This document shows positions 43,508 to 54,122 of a stretch of 64,000 nt of DNA, piece after piece. Under the pieces are notes generated by a model, which worked only from the letters and a program-made list of their open reading frames with translations, was not told where the DNA came from and searched no databases. The stretch is from an uncultured Methylomirabilota bacterium. GTDB lineage: Bacteria; Methylomirabilota; Methylomirabilia; Methylomirabilales; 2-02-FULL-66-22. Position 1 is the first letter of the stretch, and every line of letters starts with the position of its first letter. The stretch spans positions 1 through 64,000 of the forward strand of contig CAWJSJ010000004.1 in assembly GCA_963845565.1 (NCBI GenBank), written 5' to 3'. A program made the translations under genes and the position numbers.

Positions 43508-45215
43508 TCAACGAGCGTCACGGCGCGCGGGGTCGAGATGAAAATATGCCGGCCGCGTCAGTAGTCGGGGATCCTCGACCGGCCTGCCTACCGTAAAGTG
43601 GTACAGGCTCTGGAAGCGCTCATCCCGCACGCCACACACGTCATGGAAGGCGTCGTCGAAGTAGCAGCCGATCCCGGTGCCCCGAAGACTCGCAGCTTCC
43701 GCTTCGAGGTACAACACCTGCCCGAGGAGGCCGGATTCCCAGAACAGTCGGCGATACCACCAGGCTCCGGCGGCCCGGATGCTGTCGGCAAAATCGGCGA
43801 GCATGCCCAGGCTGAAGGCACCGCCCTCGGCAATCTGCTGATGGCAACTCACCGTCTGGGCCACCTCCCGGAAGTCTCCCGCGGCCAATGCAAACAGGGG
43901 GAGGGCCTCCGGACAGCCGTCCGGCCGTGCCCAGGAGAAATCGGCCCCGAGGGTGGCCTGGAGGCGGGCGTGAGCCGCTGGGTTGCGTTCGAGAAGGTAC
44001 AGGCCCGGCGGCACCCCGTGGACCCGGTGCACGAAGATGCCGCAGTGCAGATGCGCGGGCCACGGCCAGACGTCCCAGGGGGGCGCGCCGGGTCGCGGCA
44101 GCAGCCGGTCCAGGATGGCGTAGAAGCGTGCAGCCGCCATCGCCGTGGTCCCGTCGAGCGCCAGACAGCTCCGGCGCTGCTTGATCAACTGCACCGCGCT
44201 CAGTGGAGCCGGGCCATCGGATGATGCGGACCCCAGGGCGGCTCGGTCGCTGGGGGCGACGTCGCTCCGGCACCAGGGTGCCCCCGCGCCGTCTGCTCGC
44301 CAGGTCGCCTCGGCGGCCGCGTCGATGGCCGGCCAGGGGACATGGGCGGGGCTGAGGGGATTGGCCCGGCCCGCCCACTTCCCGGCCTGGAGCACCGCTC
44401 GCATTGTCGCCAGGTCAACGCGCGCGGGCTCCTTCCCGTATGCGGGCGGAGCGAAAGGACCCACCAGCAGCAACGCATCAGGATGCTCGCGGTCTGCCAC
44501 GGCAATGGCGGCGACGCTCTCCGATTGGGTCAACCCCAGCATGGCGCCCAGGGTGGGATCCGAGACATCGGCGATCAGCGTCGCCGACCACCCCAGCGTC
44601 GCGGCCGCATAGCGCACGGCGGCGATGGCATGGCCGACATCGTGCTGGCAATAGCGGAAGGCGCGCTCGCCGTACTTCCAGGCCTCGCGCCAGTGAATCG
44701 AGGAGAGCCCCACGAGACAGGACGCGGGAGGGAGCGCCGCAGCCAGACTGCTGGGCGGCGGGCCCGTCCAGACCGCACCGCTGTTCCAGGGCGTGGTCCC
44801 GGCTGAGGTAGTGGTACACCCCGGCGGCGAGGCCCGGCATCGCCGGCAGGATGGCATAGCCTTCGGTGGGGTGCAGGTTGCCGCTGGACGGGTTGCACCG
44901 CAATGCCCAGCGATTCCCTGCGTATTGTTTCCAGGCGGACAGTCCCAGGGCCAACTCGAACAGCATGGCCACGCTCGTCCGATCGAGCGGCAGGGGAGGG
45001 ACGGCGCCGGGACGATAGAGGGCGTCGTACGCCACGGCGAGCCGGTCGGCTTGCAGGGGAAGTTCCACCCGGTCCGCGCCATCGAACGTGCGGAACGGAT
45101 CCGGCTGGGTGGCCCAGTCCAGGTACCCCGGCGACGCGGCGTAACGGTGCAGATGGTGCTTGGTGCGGCGGTGGTAGGCCAACACCGCCTCAACCGCAGC
45201 ATCGTTCGGGGCCAT
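43508..45215 (-). CDS. SagB/ThcOx-type double-domain nitroreductase (frameshift near 44750)
   Basis: YHRRTKH, LDWATQP, LRCNPSSGNLHPTE, WKYGERAFRYC, QRRS, GTGIGCYFDD. Confidence 0.88.
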
Positions 45216-45217
45216 CG

Positions 45218-45460
45218 TCAGTCCATCTCGACTAACACGTCGTTTCCGTCGACGCGGACGCGAACGCTAAGGACACCCGGGCGGGCCGGGGACCGGTCAC
45301 GGCGCCCGTCTGCACGTCGAAAGTGGCGCCGTGCCATGGGCAGGTCACTATGGCGCCGTGCAACTCACCCTCCCCCAACAGCCCCCCACGGTGGGAGCAT
45401 GTGTCGTGAATAGCGTAAAACGTGCCGTCCACATTGAAAAGGGCAATCGATTGCCCCGGT
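45218..45460 (-). pseudogene. Rieske [2Fe-2S] ferredoxin, 5'-truncated and frameshifted
   Basis: FYAIHDTCSHRGGLL..TCPWHGATFDVQTG; VRVDGNDVLVE in a shifted frame. Confidence 0.75.
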
Positions 45461-45877
45461 GACCGATACACATTGGATCGCGCGGTAGGCGGGAGAAGGC
45501 AGCCCGAGAGGACGGAGCTGCGCCGATCGCCACAGCGCTGCGGCATAGCGTACAGGGCACGGCGGGGCCTGCGTCGGCCCGCCCCGGCGCATGTCATTTC
45601 CTGCACGCATGCCGGGGAATGCTTGCGCCGTCCGTTTGTCTGGGTGTCCGCCACAACAGACCCGGAACGGAGGCCCGGAACGGCTTGGACTTGGCGGCAA
45701 CTCCCAAAACATCGGATGCGTGCCGGGCGCGCCGTTAGCCAACGCCAGAGGAACCCTGCTACTATCACACGGGACCGCGGGGTCACGGCACGGTCTTCGT
45801 TTTGCAAATGCCACCCGTATCCTTGCGGACACGTCCGACGGCCCGTGCGGGCGTATGGAGCGGGAAGGGAAAGGGAA

Positions 45878-46078
45878 ATGGCGGAATTCTTTGTGTATAC
45901 CTGTCGCCAGTGTCACATCGCGTATGCGGGTGCGCTTGAACCCGGGGATCATATGACGGAATTCGTGGATCGGACCGGACTCTGTGTCGAATGCCTTGAG
46001 AGCCTCGTCGGGTGGTGTCCGGTTGGGGAGGAGGTGGAGAGCCGCGAGGACAACTCCGGGACGACCCCGAACGTCTAA
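45878..46078 (+). CDS. Small Cys-rich protein (possible Zn ribbon)
   Basis: CRQC...CVEC; purine-rich RBS. Confidence 0.45.
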   Translation: MAEFFVYTCRQCHIAYAGALEPGDHMTEFVDRTGLCVECLESLVGWCPVGEEVESREDNSGTTPNV

Positions 46079-46096
46079 AAGCGGCATTCGGCTCAA

Positions 46097-46378
46097 TCAG
46101 AAGTTGGGGTTGATGTTGACCTCGGCGCACAACATGCGCGCTTCCAGAGTGGTCATGAAGGGGTTGTTCGATATGCACACGAGGCGCGACGCCCCGAGAC
46201 TTTGCTTTTTGATCAGCGGCGAGGCGGGGCCGATCGCTTCCTGCGGGACCCGGTACAGATCGCCGCTGCCCCGTTCCACATAGACCCCCGGTTCGTGGAT
46301 TTCATCCCACGAAACCTCCGTAAACGCCAGCCGGTGAGAGGGCTGCGCGGACACTGTCACGTTATGCTTCTCCGCCAT
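46097..46378 (-). CDS. Hypothetical protein
   Basis: RBS ggagga; protein-like WDEIHEPGVYVERGSGDLYRVP. Confidence 0.65.
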   Translation of the reverse strand: MAEKHNVTVSAQPSHRLAFTEVSWDEIHEPGVYVERGSGDLYRVPQEAIGPASPLIKKQSLGASRLVCISNNPFMTTLEARMLCAEVNINPNF

Positions 46379-47390
46379 GGCCCATCCTCCTTCCTGTTCC
46401 GGAGCGCCTCGGGTCTCCACCCTCCTCAAGAATAATGTGTGACGCGCAAGCGTCTGTGTCAAGAGCAAAAAAGTCCGCTTTTATAACTACCGATAATACC
46501 TGGCATTCGTTTCTAGCAGGCGCCAACCATTGTGTGCAGTGGGCCGCGTCAGCGGAGAACGAGACCGGAATGCGCGACCGGTCCGGAGGGCACAATTCCG
46601 CGGCGGACCGGCGGGTTGCGCGACCGCCCATGCGGAACTGATATGACGCATTTTCTGTCAACCGGCCGCAGGCGGGGAGTCCGTTTCGCCATTCCCTCCG
46701 TCACCAACGTGTGAATGCTTCCGGCGGAATCTCTCCGTTGAGGACCGAGCGAAGGCGACCTCTCCCGCCCTGCCCGTCGCCACATCCGCGACCCCGCACC
46801 GACCCCCGGCCTGCGCGAACACGGTACTGTCGCCCGCCGGGACGGATCGCGGGCACGCGCCTCGGCGCACGATTCCCCCGCATTCGCCGGTGAATCCGGT
46901 GAGCGCCATCCGGTGAATCCGAATCCATCCCACGCTTCCACGGGAAATCCCGACCCGCAGCTCGCCGGCCACACGCCGCACATCCGGTGAAGGGCCTACC
47001 GGCCAATGGTTATGGGTTTTGGCGCGGCGGCGCGCCCGTATGGGCGACCTTGGCATTCCCATTGCGATGGGATCTCGCCGGTGGCGGGGCGAGACGGGGT
47101 ACCGCGGCGGCCGCTTGAGAAAGAGGGGAAGGATGATGCGGATGTGTCGGCAGGTCTTCACGCCATCACGGATCGAGCGTGTGTTGGAGGTTCATGTTCC
47201 TCGACCGTGTGGGCCTCGCATTCCCCGATTTGTTTTGGTTCCCGTGCGTCACGATGGGGCAATTCGCGGTCTGCCCCTGGGGTAGGAATGATTTCCCGCG
47301 TTCGGCAGCGATTTCACGCTGGTGCGAGCCTGGGGTCACAGACGATGAACATGGAAGCGGGGGCTACCCCGATAGGGGAGGGAAACGGAC

Positions 47391-47807
47391 ATGGATGCGG
47401 TGGTAAAGGTCGTCAGTGCAATGGTGTTTGTACTGCTCGGGTTCTCACTGATGGGCGGGCCGATGTTCCTCGCGGACTGGCTACGGGCCCGGCGGCAGGA
47501 CGTGATTGCCCGTCAAATCACGCTCACCGACGCCTTGGACGGCCGATTCGGCGTGCTCGTTGCCCCAGTGGTGACGAAGCCTCTCTTCGGCCCGTGGGAG
47601 GTTCGGATCGCCGTGCCCTTGCAGTGGTCAGCGATCCAAGGTGGGATGCTCGCCGTGATCGACGAAGTCTTCGTTCGCGTCGACGGGACGAACCCAAGTT
47701 CCTATCGAATCGTTCTCAGCGTGACGCCGGACGGGCGACGTGCGGCGGGTTCGGGATCGTCCGTGAAGCTGCACGCGGACACCTTGGCGTCGGCCGTAAG
47801 CCGTTAA
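47391..47807 (+). CDS. Hypothetical membrane-anchored protein
   Basis: RBS ggaggg, N-terminal TM. Confidence 0.55.
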   Translation: MDAVVKVVSAMVFVLLGFSLMGGPMFLADWLRARRQDVIARQITLTDALDGRFGVLVAPVVTKPLFGPWEVRIAVPLQWSAIQGGMLAVIDEVFVRVDGTNPSSYRIVLSVTPDGRRAAGSGSSVKLHADTLASAVSR

Positions 47808-48573
47808 GAGGGGGTGCGTGATGTATCTCCATTCCGGCTTGGCCACTGGATGGTGGGTCATCACTTCCCTGTGGCGTGTGACGGAGGACGCGCGCCTGAG
47901 GTGCCATAGCCGGTTCGCTCCAGGCCGGCACTGTTGCCCGATGCACCGTGCGTACACCGCTGGTGGCGAGGCCCGGCCTCGCCATTAGTACCACCGGGGT
48001 CGTGGGGCAAACAACCAAAGCGGCTGTGCCCCACTCGTGCAGGAGCCGGGCGGTGTTCTCGGACCCGTCGCCGCGTGCGCGGAAGTCTCGTGAGCGTTCC
48101 TCGGATTGGGGCGTGCCGGAACCACAAAAACCGGGACCTCCGGCAAGGAGCCGCGGCCATTGGCAATTGACACGTCAATGTTGACAAGGCAAGATCCGAC
48201 CGAAGTCGGCAACCCCTCCCTGCCGGCCGGGGGGGTCGGTATGTTTCGGACTTGGTTTTTCGGTCAGGGTCAAGGCGACCGCGCGCGCAAGGGTCCCGCG
48301 CGAACGATTCGGTCGTCGGCGTCCTCGGTGTTGCGTTTCTCCTCCTTCGCATTTCCCCGGATTCCCCGACGGACTCAATGTCCCTTGCCCCTGAACCTGC
48401 AGATGTTGTCGCGCGCCAACTGGCCGTGTCTCCGCAGGCGGATCCGGGGTCCTGGTTTGCGTGATCCGGGATCCGTGTGACTAGGCACTTTCCAACGAAC
48501 ACCGTGACGACGCCCAACACGCCGGGCGGGGCGCGGGGAAGCTTGTCGGCGAACGAGTAGCGAGTGAGGGATC

Positions 48574-49086
48574 GTGATGTGCGGCGGCACCGCAATACTC
48601 CTGCGGATGATCGACGAGGCGTTCGACCGCAAATCGTGGCACGGCACCAACCTGCGAGGGGCAATACGGGGCCTGACCCTGTCGGAGGTAGGGTGGCGCC
48701 CCGAGGCGCGCCGGCACAACATCTGGGAGATCGTCGTCCACGCTGCCTATTGGAAATACACCGTGCGTCGACGCCTCCTCGAGGAGAAGCGAGGGTCCTT
48801 TCCGCTGAACGGATCAAATTGGTTTGAACGTCCCGTGATAGGCTCTGCCCTTGAGGCGTCGTGGAAATCCGATGTCGCCCTTCTGGTCGCGATGCACGGG
48901 GGGCTTCGCGAGGCCGTGGCACGACTCACGGAACGCGACCTCGCCAAGGTGCCGGCGGGCGGGACAGTCACGACGCTCTCCCTGTTGACGGGCATCGCCG
49001 CTCACGACCTGTACCATGCTGGCCAAATCCAGCTCTTGAAACGGTTACAGGCCGACCGATCCGCCTCGCCAGTCGGTGTCGATTGA
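48574..49086 (+). CDS. DinB family protein
   Basis: SWHG, HNIWEIVVHAAYW, HDLYHAGQIQLLK. Confidence 0.88.
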   Translation: MMCGGTAILLRMIDEAFDRKSWHGTNLRGAIRGLTLSEVGWRPEARRHNIWEIVVHAAYWKYTVRRRLLEEKRGSFPLNGSNWFERPVIGSALEASWKSDVALLVAMHGGLREAVARLTERDLAKVPAGGTVTTLSLLTGIAAHDLYHAGQIQLLKRLQADRSASPVGVD

Positions 49087-50422
49087 CCGGTTCCACCGGC
49101 CCGCGCGCGCGGGGGCATCTCGTCGTGAGGTTGGCTACCCGCGCGGTCCCGTGAGGCCGACCGTGGTTGGCAGCCGTGTTCGCAGGGGTCGCCTCGTCAC
49201 GCGCGCAACATGCGACCCGCCGTGAGCACAGTGAGCCGCGCTTCCCGGCAGCGCGCTCCTGCGGCATGGTAGTACGTCCGGCACGCGGGGCCCTGCGTCC
49301 CGACCACGCCGTGGAGGATGGAATTGCACCCGGATGCGATGCTCGACGAAGTCGCCACTATGGAGCAGGGCTGGCCGATGCAGCCTCCGTCGCCGAGCGT
49401 CGTCAGGGTCCGTCTCGAACTGGCCGACGGCAAGATCTCCCGCCTTATGGCCGGCGCCACTGCGCTGATTGTCTCGTCTCTGCGGGTTGACGTCTGACCC
49501 TCCGTGCGGGCGGATGGCCTTCGATGTCGGCTGAACTCCAGCGTGTGTGTCTCGCAGGGATTTGCCATTCCACCGCGTAGGGCATCCATGGTCCTACTTG
49601 CTTCAATTCCGGAGCAGGAGGCGGGTGCAGCAAGAATGGCGCTACGTCGGCCGGGGCAAGACTCGTGACAGCACCGGGATGCGCTTGGCGAGGAAGTCGC
49701 CGTAACGGCGAGCGGGAACGGCTGGTCAAGAGCATGGCTAGGACGATGAGGGTTCCACCCGGCACGAAAATTTCGATTGCCAACAGACGACCGACCATCT
49801 TGACGATGCGCAGTGCTCGTTTCATCACTTCTGTTCCATCCTCGGGCTTTGCGTATGACGTGCCTGTGATGCGCTCGGGTCTTCTCGATCCTGAGGTCAC
49901 GCTCGATCTCGCTCTGTTGGTCCTATGGCCTTGCAGACGGCGGGCCAAACCCTCCTCGAAAGTTGACGGGGGTTCGCGGCCTCCGAGGCGAGATTGCCGG
50001 TGCGCGATAACCGCTAGAAATCGTTGAGCTAATAAGGTGGAACGGGATGCGGGCGAGCGGCGCTGGGGGGGGAAGACTCCCGAAGGCACTTTCAGCGTCG
50101 CGCCGCCGCGGTGGCTCCAAAGAGATTCAAACGCATCCAAGGAGATCCATGGGCCGCCGCCTTTGCCGTTTGACTCGACCGAAGAGCCCGGGGCGCTCCG
50201 CGCGGCTTCGTTCGTCCCCGTTGAGGAGGGGAGCGTTCGTATCGTCAGCGCCGGGAGACAGTCGTTCTCGCGGGCAATTCAGGCATGGAGAGGGAGGAGG
50301 CGATCGCTGTCACCGCACGGACCCCAACGGCTCGAGGGCACCGTCGAGGTCCTGCCGCCGAGGCAGCTCGGATATCGGGCTGATTGCTGCTAACACTTCC
50401 AAGCGCTGAGAAGGAGAGGAAA

Positions 50423-50836
50423 ATGCAGATCCAACCTTATCTGTTTTTCGACGGTCGCTGCGAGGAGGCGATCGAGTTCTACCGGAAGGCGCTCGGCGCC
50501 GAGGTGGAAATACTGATGCGCTTCAAGGACAGCCCGGAACCTCCGCCGCCCGGCGTGGTCCCACCCGGTTCCGAGAACAAGGTGATGCACGCGACCCTGC
50601 GCATCGGTGCCGCCACGGTGATGGCGTCCGACGGATGCGCTTCGGGGTCGCCGAGCTTCAAGGGCTTCTCGTTGTCGCTCACCGTGCCCAGCGAAGCCGA
50701 GGCGGACCGACGGTTCGCGGCGTTGGCCGACGGTGGGACGGTGCAGATGCCCCTCGGCAAGACCTTCTGGTCGCCGCGGTTCGGCATGCTCACCGACCGG
50801 TTCGGCGTGGGGTGGATGGTCAACGTGGCAGGGTGA
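50423..50836 (+). CDS. VOC family protein (PhnB/YjdN-like)
   Basis: PYLFFDGRCEEAIEFY, KVMHA, MPLGKTFWSPRFGMLTDRFGVGWMV. Confidence 0.93.
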   Translation: MQIQPYLFFDGRCEEAIEFYRKALGAEVEILMRFKDSPEPPPPGVVPPGSENKVMHATLRIGAATVMASDGCASGSPSFKGFSLSLTVPSEAEADRRFAALADGGTVQMPLGKTFWSPRFGMLTDRFGVGWMVNVAG

Positions 50837-50884
50837 CGGCCGTTTCCTCTTCCGTATCGTTGGGAGCGGGGAGGAGTCACCCGC

Positions 50885-51050
50885 TCATACAGGGGAAATC
50901 CAGGGACGATGCGCTCGAATGGACCAAGCGCTCTCCGAATCCCGCCGCCCATGGCAGGGAAGGCGAGATCGAAGTGCGCCAGCCGTTCGAGCTGGAAGAC
51001 TTCGGTCCCAGCGCGGCCATCGAGCGCGTTCGCGAGATGGGGGGTTGGGA
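50885..51050 (+). pseudogene. C-terminal fragment of YciI/DGPF-family gene
   Basis: IQGKSRDDALEWTKR.P...EIEVRQPFELEDFG. Confidence 0.6.
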
Positions 51051-51257
51051 CGAAGACGTAGTCGCGGTGCGTCGCGTTAACAAGGACAGCCGTGGCGCCT
51101 GTGGATTTCAAGCGGCCCGAGCGCACGCCCGAGGAGATCGGTGGTGCGCTCGGGTCGTGCGCGCTCCCGGCCCCGATGGGCGCCGGGAATAGACGATCGT
51201 GCATCCCGGCGGCGACGGGCTGGGAGAACGTGTGGACGCTTCTCGAGGAGGGAGAGA

Positions 51258-51638
51258 ATGGTGGGCACGACGAGCATCAGCGTGTGGGCAGGTCGGGCGG
51301 TCTCGGCTCTGGTGGCACTCGTGTTTGCGATCAGCGCACTGATGAAGCTGATGGGCGGGGCCGAAGTGAAGCAGGGGATGGGCCATCTGGGTTTGCCCGA
51401 GACGCTGATCATTCCGCTCGCGATCCTCGAGGTCTCGTGCGTCATGATCTATCTGTTTCCGGCCACGTCCGTCCTGGGTGCGATCCTCCTGACGGGATAC
51501 ATGGGTGGTGCGATCTGCACGCATTTGCGGGTCGGGGATCCGTTCGTCGTTCAAATCACGCTCGGCGTCTTGGCATGGCTCGGCCTCTATCTTCGCGAGA
51601 ATCGCCTGAGGGGTCTCCTACCGCTGAGAACCCGTTAG
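51258..51638 (+). CDS. DoxX family membrane protein
   Basis: SALMKL, LG.P, LGAILLTGYMGGAICTHLRVG. Confidence 0.9.
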   Translation: MVGTTSISVWAGRAVSALVALVFAISALMKLMGGAEVKQGMGHLGLPETLIIPLAILEVSCVMIYLFPATSVLGAILLTGYMGGAICTHLRVGDPFVVQITLGVLAWLGLYLRENRLRGLLPLRTR

Positions 51639-51685
51639 GTGCCCGCGATTCCAGGGCTGCTCTGGGCGCTCCGGAAAACCTGTCC

Positions 51686-52099
51686 TCAGTGCAGGAAGCG
51701 GTCGGCGTCCTCCGGCCTCGCCAGCCCGCACCGGTCCCGCCGTCCGAGCAGTCGGTGCCGATTTCGGGCGACCCAGGTGTACACGCCGTCGCGCAGTGGG
51801 CGCGGGACGACGGCCAGCCAGGCAGCCAGGCGCCAGGGAAACCCGAGGTGGGCGCAGATCTTCAGTACCGCGTCCGAGCGCGTGGCGAGGGTAGGACCGG
51901 CGATAAGAGCGATGCTGCCGAGGGCGTCCGGGCGCACGCCGAATGGAGCCAGGAGGTGACGGGCGGCGTCGGATTGGCGCGGCGCGAACCGAAAGGCGCC
52001 TCGGGGGTCATGCCGGATGACGAAGGTGACCCAGGCGCAGCAGAAGCCGCACTCGCCGTCGAAGAGGATCACCGAGGGGTGAGGACGTGTGCCAGGCAT
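51686..52099 (-). CDS. DCC1-like thiol-disulfide oxidoreductase (DUF393)
   Basis: VILFDGECGFC, FRFAP.QS, RSDA, LRDGVYTWVARNRHR. Confidence 0.9.
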   Translation of the reverse strand: MPGTRPHPSVILFDGECGFCCAWVTFVIRHDPRGAFRFAPRQSDAARHLLAPFGVRPDALGSIALIAGPTLATRSDAVLKICAHLGFPWRLAAWLAVVPRPLRDGVYTWVARNRHRLLGRRDRCGLARPEDADRFLH

Positions 52100-52305
52100 A
52101 TGCCTCCGGAGACTGCATGGCGGATCGCACCACAGGCGCGCTCGTCGGAGACCGTCCGTGCACCGGGAAGTCGCCGATTTCCGTTCCCTCGCTCGATTCG
52201 GGCGTGCATCTCGTGCCACCCGAAAGGGAACGCGAGACCAGCGGGTAGTGCGGTTCAGGGCAGGAGGGGGACAGCACTGCGCTGAACCATGGGCGGCGGT
52301 GCGCC

Positions 52306-52632
52306 TTAGCGCGGCGCGCCGACAGGGTACCCTGCGGCTCTCCAGGCCGCCACCCCTCCCTTGAGCGCCTTTGCGTTGGCAAACCCGCGCGTTTGGTACT
52401 GGGCTGCCAGCCCGGCAGCCGAGGCTTCGTTCGGTCACCCGCAGTAGAAGACCAGCTCCTTTCCCCTGGCCAGCGTGGCAACCCGGGCCTCCAAGGCGGC
52501 CAGCGGGATCGCGCCGGCCAGCCGGGCGTTGTTGAACTTGTCCTCATCGGCATAGGCGCAGACGAGAAGGGCAGTCTGGGCTTGAACCTTCCGCCGGGCG
52601 TCGTCCACACCGATCCGCTCGATCTCTGCCAT
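52306..52632 (-). CDS. Rhodanese-like selenoprotein, 108 aa (in-frame UGA at 52435-52437 read as Sec)
   Basis: Strong RBS aaggagg; ...ELVFYCG-UGA-PNEASAAGLAAQYQTRGFANAKALKGGVAAWRAAGYP completes the rhodanese fold; hairpin follows the UGA; selB and selC in window. Confidence 0.85.
52402..52420 (-). promoter_or_regulatory. Putative bacterial SECIS hairpin
   Basis: GGCUGCC-GGGCU-GGCAGCC, starting 14 nt after the UGA, G-rich apical loop. Confidence 0.65.
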
Positions 52633-52686
52633 GGTCTCCTCCTTTCTTAAGGATCGTAAACCACAAGGCGAAGTTCGCCGCGTCCT

Positions 52687-53706
52687 TCAGCCGCCCCGGG
52701 TGTGCATCTCGAGATGCGAGTCGATCTTCAGCGCGCCGACCGGAATGAACGGCGTCCGGCGATCCGCGGTGAGGCGGAGCTCGGCGCCCCGATCGGTGCG
52801 CGCCTGCCAGACCGACTCCAGCAGCGCGTGGAGTTCCTCGTCTGACGCGCCCCGGCGCAGCGGGCTCCGCAGATCGGTGCCCTGGGTGGCGTAGAGGCAG
52901 AGCAGCCAGACGCCGTCGGCGGTCAGTCGGCTCCGATCGCAGCTCCGGCAGAACGGCGCCGTCGTCGATGAGATGATGCCGAAGATGGTGCCGTCCGCCA
53001 GTCGGAAGCGATCGGCCGGGGCGGAGGTCTCCTCCACGATCGGCGCGATCGGCCCGTAATGCGTTTGCACCCGCTGCAGCATCTCCTGCCGCGTGACGAC
53101 CGCCTCCATCGACCAGTGCGTCGCACCGCCGACATCCATGTATTCGATGAAGCGAATCTCAGCGCGCCGGCTCTTCGCGAATTCGAGCAGCTCGATCAGT
53201 TCGTCCTCGTTGATCCCGCGGATCACCACGGTGTCGAGTTTCAGGCTGGCGAACGGGGTTGCGGCGGCGGCGTCGATCCCGCGGAGCACGGCCGCATGCT
53301 GGGCGAATCGCGTGAGCGCCTCGAACCGCGCCGGCCGCAGGGTATCGAGGCTCACCGTGATGCGATGGAGCCCCGCCGCGCGCAGCCGGGCGGCCTGTCC
53401 GGCCAAGAGCACGCCGTTCGTCGTCATCGCGAGGTCGCGAATGCGGGGATTCTGCGCGAGTCGTTCGACGAGGTCTGGCAGGTCTGGGCGCAGGAGCGGC
53501 TCGCCCCCCGTCAGGCGCACCCGATCGACCCCGACGTGGGTGAAGGCGCGCGCGAGCCGGTCCAGTTCGTCGACCCGCAGGATGTCCGGGTGCGGCAGCC
53601 AGGTGTAGTGTGCCTCGGGCATACAGTATTGGCACCGCAGATTGCAGCGGTCGGTGACGGAGAGCCGCAGGCTCCGGGCCGGACGTTTGAGGCTGTCGAG
53701 TACCAT
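52687..53706 (-). CDS. moaA: GTP 3',8-cyclase
   Basis: LRLSVTDRCNLRCQYCMP, LTGGEPLLR, FCRSCDRSRLTADG..LCL, C-terminal GG. Confidence 0.95.
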   Translation of the reverse strand: MVLDSLKRPARSLRLSVTDRCNLRCQYCMPEAHYTWLPHPDILRVDELDRLARAFTHVGVDRVRLTGGEPLLRPDLPDLVERLAQNPRIRDLAMTTNGVLLAGQAARLRAAGLHRITVSLDTLRPARFEALTRFAQHAAVLRGIDAAAATPFASLKLDTVVIRGINEDELIELLEFAKSRRAEIRFIEYMDVGGATHWSMEAVVTRQEMLQRVQTHYGPIAPIVEETSAPADRFRLADGTIFGIISSTTAPFCRSCDRSRLTADGVWLLCLYATQGTDLRSPLRRGASDEELHALLESVWQARTDRGAELRLTADRRTPFIPVGALKIDSHLEMHTRGG

Positions 53707-53887
53707 GGTCTCCAGTGTCCCACCGTGACAGACGAAGAGAGTCTACAGCCTTAACGGGGTACTGTAACCCCCCACGACGCGCTGGCGCGGGCCATGCATA
53801 TTTGCGGGACGTATGGCGGCACTCCGTTGGCAATCAGTCATCCGGGACGTGGCGTCTTTGTTATCGTTATGTTACCATCCCCCCACT

Positions 53888-54080
53888 ATGCCCCGCAGCC
53901 CGCGCCTGGATGCCCCGGAGACCCTGCCCGACGACTTCCGTCGACGGTTGGGGGAAGGTGGTGATCGCCACGGGGGTTACCGTGAATGCCTGGGCGCTGG
54001 CACCGAGTCGCCTCCACCTCGTGGTCCGCACCGGCGCGACCCCGCTGGCGCAGGCCATGCGCGCGCTCCTGACCGGCTAG
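53888..54080 (+). pseudogene. Remnant of RAYT/Y1 transposase, N-terminal part
   Basis: MPRSPRLDAP..., AWALAPSRLHLVVRTG..PLAQAMRALLTG (decayed HUH motif). Confidence 0.6.
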
Positions 54081-54122
54081 GAAAGACAACCACACATCCT
54101 CTTGCGAAGGGAGCCGACTATC

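Noticed and set aside
43508..45215. SagB/ThcOx enzyme as part of a RiPP (azole) cluster
   Set aside because: No YcaO, E1-like protein or precursor peptide nearby; stand-alone members of this family are common
46500..46520. tggcattcgtttcta as a sigma54 promoter
   Set aside because: Lacks the conserved GC at -12
49318..49497. Possible PhzF-family C-terminal remnant (EQG..M..PS...V)
   Set aside because: Similarity too short and degenerate to support without a search
49830..49870. acgcaaagcc on the minus strand as a c-di-GMP-I riboswitch
   Set aside because: The P1 GAAA-tetraloop stem and the rest of the motif are not visible
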